A stretch of 64,000 bases of DNA from Eledone cirrhosa (Eukaryota): the NCBI GenBank assembly GCA_964016885.1, contig OZ024742.1:265174001-265238000 (forward strand), in the 5' to 3' direction. Of the stretch, positions 55,510 to 64,000 are shown in pieces. A program made the translations under genes and the position numbers. Positions within the stretch are counted from its first letter, which is position 1. Every line of letters begins with the position of its first letter. The notes beneath the pieces are model-generated. The model was not told where the DNA came from, did not search any database, and saw only the letters and a list, made by a program, of their open reading frames with translations.

Positions 55510-56190
55510 CCAAGGGAACAAAACCTGCCGAAGATGGGAATTCCAGTTCAATCATGGAGATAAACGCATGATTTGTATATGCTTTATGCAACTTGTGTTG
55601 CAACTCTGAGAGGTCCCAGAAACATATCGAGGATTTTTATTGATTTCTATCGATTCTAATTGATGGTCCACTTTAGTCTTCAACCTTTTTGTATATATCG
55701 TTGTTGTGGTATGGCCACTGCATTCGGACGTTTTTCTAGGTGTCACACTTTTCAACTGTTTTGTTTTACTCTGGACGATAATGTTTAACTTCCCGGTCCA
55801 TTGATATTTGTGAACTGGTCGGACTATACACCTCCCTGAGCAGACTGTATAGGAGCTTTCTATCATGTCTATCTGAGGCCTTCTGGATTTCATCAGCCTT
55901 TTGGCTCCACCAGGTATCCTGCATGGCTCTCAATCGATGTTGCACACGTGCCTTGGTCTGGCTGAAGGTCTGGTCACTCCTGTCAGAACGTGTCTCACAC
56001 AACAATGATGTCAGCACTTTCTGTTTCTCTTCAAGCAAGGTCTGGATCACTACATCATTTTCATCGAACCAGTCTTTATGCTTTCTATTGGTATGACCCC
56101 AAACTCCAGCACTAACATCATAGACGGTTTTCTTCAATGATTCCCAAGTGTTTTCACATTCCATGGACTCATTGTAATATTGGGGTTGAT
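55510..56190 (-). mobile_element. RTE (BovB-like) LINE internal fragment
   Basis: WESLK...KHKDWFDEND...LRAMQDTWWSQKADEIQ...LREVYSP. Confidence 0.8.
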
Positions 56191-56699
56191 TCTTCCTCTG
56201 TATTTATTTCTCACTTCTTTTTTCTCCCTCTCTATCTATCCTTCTCTGGTAGAAATCGTCCTTATTCAGGCCTGGAAAGGAAGTTGGCTTTATGAAACTC
56301 CCTCGGGAGTTACGGGTCTATACCATACCATATATCATCTTTAGTTCGGAATACAATACGTTTCAGACGTGTAGGTCATGAATTCTCATCAGTTGTGAAA
56401 TGCAGGACTGAATATAAGCGGCCTGCATCGGCATTTACTACAGAATTACAGAAAACAAAGAAAATTAAGCAGAGCACAGAAATCAAAATGAAATACTGTT
56501 CTATTGAGATTGTTTACAACAACGAAAAGCTTGTGATTCATAGTAAGCATCTCAAATTATCTAACACCATGGTATTTTTCACTGAAAGTGTACAACAAGA
56601 AATTTCAATTTAAACGAAAACCTATCGTCATTACTCTAATATTTCTTTTGAGATCCCCCACAACCTGTTAAGTAAATTGTTGATCCTGTTCTTGAAAGC

Positions 56700-57780
56700 C
56701 TTACGTGCCAGAAACGACATGTTCGGCTTCCAGTAACCAGGTCCTAACCTACGGGTCTTATCTAGATCGACCATACATATCACAAACTTGTGATCTGAAT
56801 AGGCGACCATTTGAAAGAGTGGACAACCTTTACTATACTATGCTAGTCAGACAATTAGAACTGGCTGATCAGGTACTTGAGGGATTTGCACTCCTCGCTC
56901 CTATCAGCTACTCTCATACAATCCCAGCGTGCGTCTAAGATGCCGTTCCAGTTCCTCGCTAACAGCAAAGGGCGAGACGTTCCCAGAAAGGCTTCCATGC
57001 GCCTAAAAAATTCCGGCCGTTCAGTCTAAAGACACCACCTTCACTATTGTTCACAACCAAGACCACCGAAATATCGAAATATTGACCTTACCTCGAGATC
57101 CAGGTCTTTTCCAAACAACACTGCTACCCCACATCACATTCCCAGCTGACTAAGAGTTGCGAAGATCTGATAGTCGTTGAATATAGGTCTAGTGCGCGCT
57201 TGTCAGAAATTCTGGTCTCTCTGACGGCAATCACATCCATATCTCGTGACATGAGGACGTTCAGTAGGTGACCCTACTTCCAGGATGGCCCAAGGCAACG
57301 AACATTTAAACTTCCTACTCTTAGAATAGCCATGCTGGCATGATAAACGATAGAGGAAAGAGGAAGTGTCAATTTCTGAGTTTGTAAGTGTGTCTGTGCT
57401 TGTGTTTGTGTTTGTGTCAATGTGTGTATTTTGGGTGAGGGGAGAAATGGGAGAGCTTTCCTCATTTTCCCCCTGATTGGCAAAAGTTGGTGGTGAGGTT
57501 TCCGCTGGTTTTGTGTTGGTGATGTTGCCGGTGCTGGTGCTGGTGATGGTTCCCGCCCCGGTGCTGGCAACAGTGGAGGCTTATGACTCCTTGCATTTTT
57601 TAGTTGAGAGCAGAAGGTTCTCAAATACAATGTTTCGCCGCAGATGAGACAGTATGGCCTGCCCTCGGTCATTACCTGCAGAGACGGATGTGGTCCAGGA
57701 TTTTTCCTCTGGTTTTCAGGCTTCATCTGATACGCGTTCACTCAGATGGCAGCTTCGTGTGGTGCAATGAAGTTTTCCAT
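56700..57780 (-). mobile_element. Diverged L1/Tx1 fragment (ORF1 end and ORF2 start)
   Basis: EGRPYCLICGETLYLRTFC and MAILRVGSLNVRCLGPSWK*GHLLN...DVIAVRETRIS, homologous to the tandem LINEs. Confidence 0.8.
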
Positions 57781-58164
57781 TATCCAAGATAACGTTAGGG
57801 TTTTTCTATTTCATTGTGTAAGATAGACTATGTGAGTCCCGCCTGATGAGCAACTTTATTTGCTTGGCTTTCAAAATGTTTTTACTATCGTTATATATGC
57901 TTGACTGCAAACTTTATAAATTACCTGGTAGCATATTGAACATGAGAGAGAAAACCCTATTGTCACGCCTCTATGTCTTCACGCACTTCTCCATACTAAT
58001 GGCCTTCCAACCACCAGTTAAGTTAAGTATAATCAATTCCCCACATCACAGGAAAATATGTCTTTTGACGTATAAGACTTTATCATGCCAAGGAAATATT
58101 ATGCTCTATATTTTCAATTAACTATCTTTATTATTTTTTTGTCAACTGTTATTATTTTGCGATA

Positions 58165-58351
58165 CGGCGGTGGATTGGCAATGTCCGAAGAGGGTCGGAC
58201 ACCATGATTTGCATCACAGAGTTACACCTCTTTACGGTCTGAGTTCAAATCCCGCCGAGGTTAAGTTTGCCTTTTATCCTTACGGGGTCGATAAAATAAA
58301 GTACCAGTAATACATTGGGATATTGCTGGCCTTGTGCCAAAAGTAGAAACA
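58165..58351 (+). mobile_element. tRNA-derived SINE
   Basis: Same family as 14351; ttattatttt on both flanks. Confidence 0.85.
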
Positions 58352-59034
58352 ATTATTATTTTGTCAGTTGCTATGATTGTTAATTATTTTAAGTGATTAA
58401 AGAAGTAAAGTGTAATTCACTAACAACATCCAGAAACACTAAATGAACATTTTAAATTTCGTATGACTTCAAACATTACATACACCCATGCTGACAACAT
58501 TAATTATCTATACGAATTAGATAGAAATACTTATAGTAGTTTGTTATTGAGCAACTTAAAAAACGCATACAAGAAAAACAAGGAAATATACATACAACAC
58601 AATAAATGACGACGTGTTGACTTACTTGGCGACACGTTTAAATGTAGCAGATTGAACTGAATGTCTCAATTAAGGTAGACATTACTTGAAATTAAAAAAA
58701 GGATCACAGAGACAACTACTCAACTCTTCCAAAATACAAAAATTCAATAAAAAAATGTATATATGGACTCGTAATCCTGATAGAGCCTTGGGCTTTTTAA
58801 ACCTGGTAAAACTCAACTTTTGTTCAGATATGAGATGTTTACTCAACCTCGAAAGTATAAAAAGCAAAGTTCACCTCAGTAGGTTTGGAACTTAGAGAAT
58901 AGACAGCCGGAACGAATACCGTAAGTGATTCTAGCCGACTTTCTAACAATTCTGCCAATTCCCCGCCTAAATACATATATATGCTTATACACACTCACAG
59001 ATAATCAAATCCAGACACACACACACACATATAC

Positions 59035-59321
<287 letters not shown>

Positions 59322-60835
59322 TGGCTGCCAACTCGTTTTCGAGTACGGCCACTACTTTATATCCATGTTGGAGAACTCCTACCGATGCGCTGAACGAATG
59401 TGACTTTAGTCCAGCCAGCGACTTGAAAACTCTGGTACAAACACTACACTTGTGACAATTATTGACACATAGTGCTTTGCCTTTGGTACCATGTGATGAC
59501 AAGTGCAGAGAGATCTCCAGATATAAAGCAATGCCTGTGCCGTGAAGCTTTTATAGTGAGCAAAGGCACTGCACAAAGCCAGTCCCACTCTCTTAACCAA
59601 GATGATATTTACCAAAAAGAAAAACAAGTCAACATCATTGGATACCATCAGAGTTGCAGGTGTTATATCAGAGTTTTCCTTCTCCTAGAATTCTGCCTTG
59701 ACAAAGGCTAAGGGGTCATCTCTCCTGGTGATTTTGGATGGCCATTGACTCTTAAGAGCTCATTTGCCCTTTGACAGGTTTTGTTTTTAGTCCTGCAGGA
59801 TGTCCAAAGTCACCCTCCTCACCAAGAAACCTTGGTGGGGTTGCCAGTTTAGTCGCCAACGACCCGACCATGGTACAGGTTGTACTGGAATACATGTTAC
59901 CAGTAGCACCAAGTGGTGACCTGACATATATATATATATATATATATATACAGTAGTACAGCATATTCGAAGTTCGATCAGCAGCCAAGCCAACGAATGC
60001 CTTCAGCAGTGGAGCCAAGCACTTGACAAGGAATAAACCTCAGAGTAATAACATACAGTTTAAAAGGGTTGCAAATTGAAAAATTGAAAATACCGACCGC
60101 TAATTCAGCCGCGTGATCTGTAGCAACGAAAGAACTGACTAGTGAGAAAAGGAAATACACACACACACACATACACACACATATATATATACATATAAAA
60201 ATATACATATATACATACATATATGCACATATCTGTATATATAACATACCTGGATCGTCACTTGGAAATTAGTGAATATCAAAGTGAGGTTTCTGTAAAT
60301 CCGAAATCAACAAAATCCACTTGTGGTGTATACAAGTCAGGTTTCTGGAAGATCGAACAGAGGAATTTACTTTCTCAACAGGCTTTCGTTCTAACCCAAA
60401 ATCCGGTGTGAAGCACATGTTACTCCAAAGGGAGGTAACCCCGGTTTCTGGCGGTCAATTCAAAATTTATGGGTAATGTAAAAAATTCCATACACAAACT
60501 GAATTAAGCACTCAATCAGACCGTTATTAAACAAATTAAAATAATTAACCAATCAATGGAATTGTCAAATTAAATTAATCAATTAATCAATTATATATAT
60601 ATATAGTAATAATAAATGTGAATACTAAAATCTGATGAGGGCTCGATAAGGATTATATATATATAAAATATATATATAAACCCGTAGACCAAATATTTAA
60701 CCCTTAACGGGATCTTCTGAAAATCAGTAGATCCCGTTAAGTGTGAAAACAGGGATTCTTTGCTTAAACGTTAATCTTTTCTTATAATAAGGTGAAACAA
60801 TTGTTCTCGGTATGGTGAACTAACTGTTGTTACTA

Positions 60836-60924
<89 letters not shown>

Positions 60925-61345
60925 TATATGTATATATATATATATATATATATAGTAATAATAATAAATTTGAAGACTAAAATCCAAAGAGGGCTCGATA
61001 AGGATAAATATATATCAAATATATAAGAATCCCAGAGCAAATATTTATTAAAATAACAGATTCTTTGCTTAAACTTTAATCTGTTATTTTAATAAATATA
61101 TATATATATACTTATTTATAGAAAAGTTAAACGGAAACAACAAATCAAACGAAAGAGATACATTAGTTTAACAATTGATATAGCAGGAAAAGAGATTTTA
61201 TGTTTCGGTCTCTAGTCCTTCATCAGAAGATAAAATGAAGAATAAAATAAAAATTAAATGTGAAATACAAAGATAGAGAGAAAAGAATCAGGAACGGAAA
61301 CAAGTTTTTTTAGAAACGGCACACACACACACATACACACATATA

Positions 61346-61454
<109 letters not shown>

Positions 61455-62345
61455 GTGGTGACTCTCGCACCCAGGCTGTTCTAGTAGGGTTTGAGTATCG
61501 CAAATGTCAATCTATAAATTTCTAATTAATAAGAACACGCCGTTTATTTCTGACTTGGAATTCTTGGTCGGATCCAAAGCATTACTTCTACTGACAAATT
61601 TCTGCATGAAGAATTAAATATGATTTCCGAATTATATAAATTTACTATTCATCAACGAACTATAGCATTGCTTCAAGTTAATGGCTAAATTTTGCAGTTC
61701 ATAATAATATTATCTCGGTTTGTTCGGGTTCAATTGAATGAGATCAGAAAAACGATCAAACAAGCTTTCCTTCTTCATTCTAATAAGGTGTCTAGGGCTA
61801 ATACATTTCCGATCGAACTATTAAGAATAATCTTAAAAGGCTCAAGTGCTTTTCATTCACTAATGTCAAGGAATATAGCTTCTTTATTCAAATTGTTAGC
61901 TTAAATAAATTTTACTGTTCATAATTAATGTTATATGAAAGAAATTTAATGAAGTATTTTGGGCTGAATTAGTTTTGTTCGATTGAAAGAAGCAATGTGT
62001 AATGGATACTAGAACATTATTCATCAAAAGAATCCTAAAGTGAGAATATTTGAAAAGCTGTATATATGGACCAGCGTGGTATATCTTTTATATCATATAT
62101 TTTATCAGCATTTGCAATGATACATTTCCGATGGCGTACTCACGATTATGCTGATGGAAGTTTTAAAACTTGGTTAAAAGTTAAAGCTGGAAATGTTTTA
62201 ATAATGTCTTCCAGTGTCATGGTTCTAATGAATAACGTCAGTCAGGATAATTTAATAGATTTTCTATAGAAACGTAATGTCATTTCAACAAATAGGAATT
62301 ATGTACAAAAAATAGTTTTATCAAGATAATCATAATCTCCATCTC

Positions 62346-62512
<167 letters not shown>

Positions 62513-62780
62513 GAAAAATTATTAGGAAATACATAAGGAAACGCAATCGGTGGGAAGACACTAACCTGTAGTTATGGCATTAATAGTTCATTTATTTCAT
62601 TTTAGTCTCAAATATATAAGGCCGTGAAACAATTGTAGAAAGTTATAAGGAAATAAAGAAAATACATCACATACATTATTATTGTAATAATTACATTCCC
62701 CATGCATGCCCCAACTAAATATGATTTGCATATATCTAATGGAGCACGCCTGAGAAGGAGAGGTTATATCACCATTTCCG

Positions 62781-62859
<79 letters not shown>

Positions 62860-62929
62860 ATTAAAATAACAGATTAAAGTTTAAGCAAAGAATCGCTGCT
62901 TTCACCCACAACGGGATCTTCTGCCTGTT

Positions 62930-64000
62930 TCTCCCCACTTTACCCCGAAGGATCCCAAACCTAATTTCGCTAACAACCCTTCTATTCGGCTAATTAACTC
63001 TTCGAAGTCTGATTTAGCTTTAGTAAAAGGATTTTAGATAGAATTATACCCGAAATTAGAAGCTTGGCCCCTCTTGCACTGTGGAATAATTCTTTCGCGG
63101 GATAGACTGGTTCAATGGCATATGCAACAAGGAACATTGCCGTTTTATCCATTTCGACATCAATAATTACTACTCCTCCATCACTTCACCACTTCTTCTT
63201 AGAGCTATCAATTTCGCTAAATCGCTCACGGTGGTTAAGGATTTCGAAGGATGTCATCCTCAATGCCCGTAAGTCGGTGATTAATTTCGACGACTCTATT
63301 TAGATTAAAAAAATCTAATAGCACTCCATTCGACGTGAGTATGGGCGCTAGCGATTCGGCGGAGGTTACAGATCTTATCGGCGTTTTCCTTCTTTTCTCT
63401 ATCAAGGAAGAATTCCCTAATATGGGTCGTTGTTTGTACCGCGATGACGGTCTTTTGACCATGACAAAGTGCGGTCCCGGCGCTTGCGAAAGGTTTAGAA
63501 AAGAACCCACAGCCTTCTGTAAAGGCTTCAACCTCACCATACAGGTTGAGGCAAACCTTTCGGTCGTAAGCTACCTCGACGTTACCCTCAAATTGTCGAA
63601 TGGCTTGCACTACCCGTATAGAATGCTGAATGATACGCTTAATTATATCAGTAAGCATTCTAACCATCCTGCCAGCATAACCAAGAACCTGGTAAGAAAC
63701 GTTTCTATCTACAAACGAGTATATTTTCACCGACCATTCCACATAATACAATGAAGCTCGATCGGAGTGGATTTGTCGATAAGGTAACATATACTAAGTA
63801 TGAGCATAAACCTAGGAAAAATAGATCCCGACGCATTATATGGTATAACCTACCCTATAATATGGCGGCGGCCACACCATTAGCTAAGATCTTTCTCTCC
63901 CTTATTAAGAAGCATTTCTCCTCAGCACATAAATATAACATTTTAAAAAATAGAAATACCATTAAAATATCTTACTCCACGACTCCTAACTTTGCACATA
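62930..64000 (+). mobile_element. Penelope-like element RT and linker region, decayed, truncated by the window end
   Basis: IRLINSSKSD, FDINNYY, MGASDSAEVTDLIG, LYRDDGL, YLDV, HSNHP, RRIIWYNLPY, NRNTIKISYS. Confidence 0.9.

Overview
AT-rich, microsatellite-dense animal DNA. The SINE families and (TA)n/(CA)n density suggest a cephalopod, probably octopus (inference). No convincing intact host gene is present, and most listed ORFs are microsatellite or antisense artefacts. The window is a mosaic of non-LTR retrotransposons: two tandem near-full-length L1/Tx1-type LINEs, RTE fragments, a split Dong/R4-like element, a CRE-like fragment and three Penelope-like fragments. It also holds about ten tRNA-derived SINE copies and a hAT MITE. 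The main signal not shown by the ORF track is roughly ten families of short non-coding elements next to (TA)n tracts that carry type I hammerhead ribozyme motifs (CUGAnGA...GAAA...UH). They occur as fold-back palindromes or as circularly permuted 1.1-1.4-mer repeats of about 310-450 bp. This looks like a Penelope-mobilised retrozyme/pLTR system, with compensatory base-pair changes visible between copies. All folds were made by eye and none is tested.
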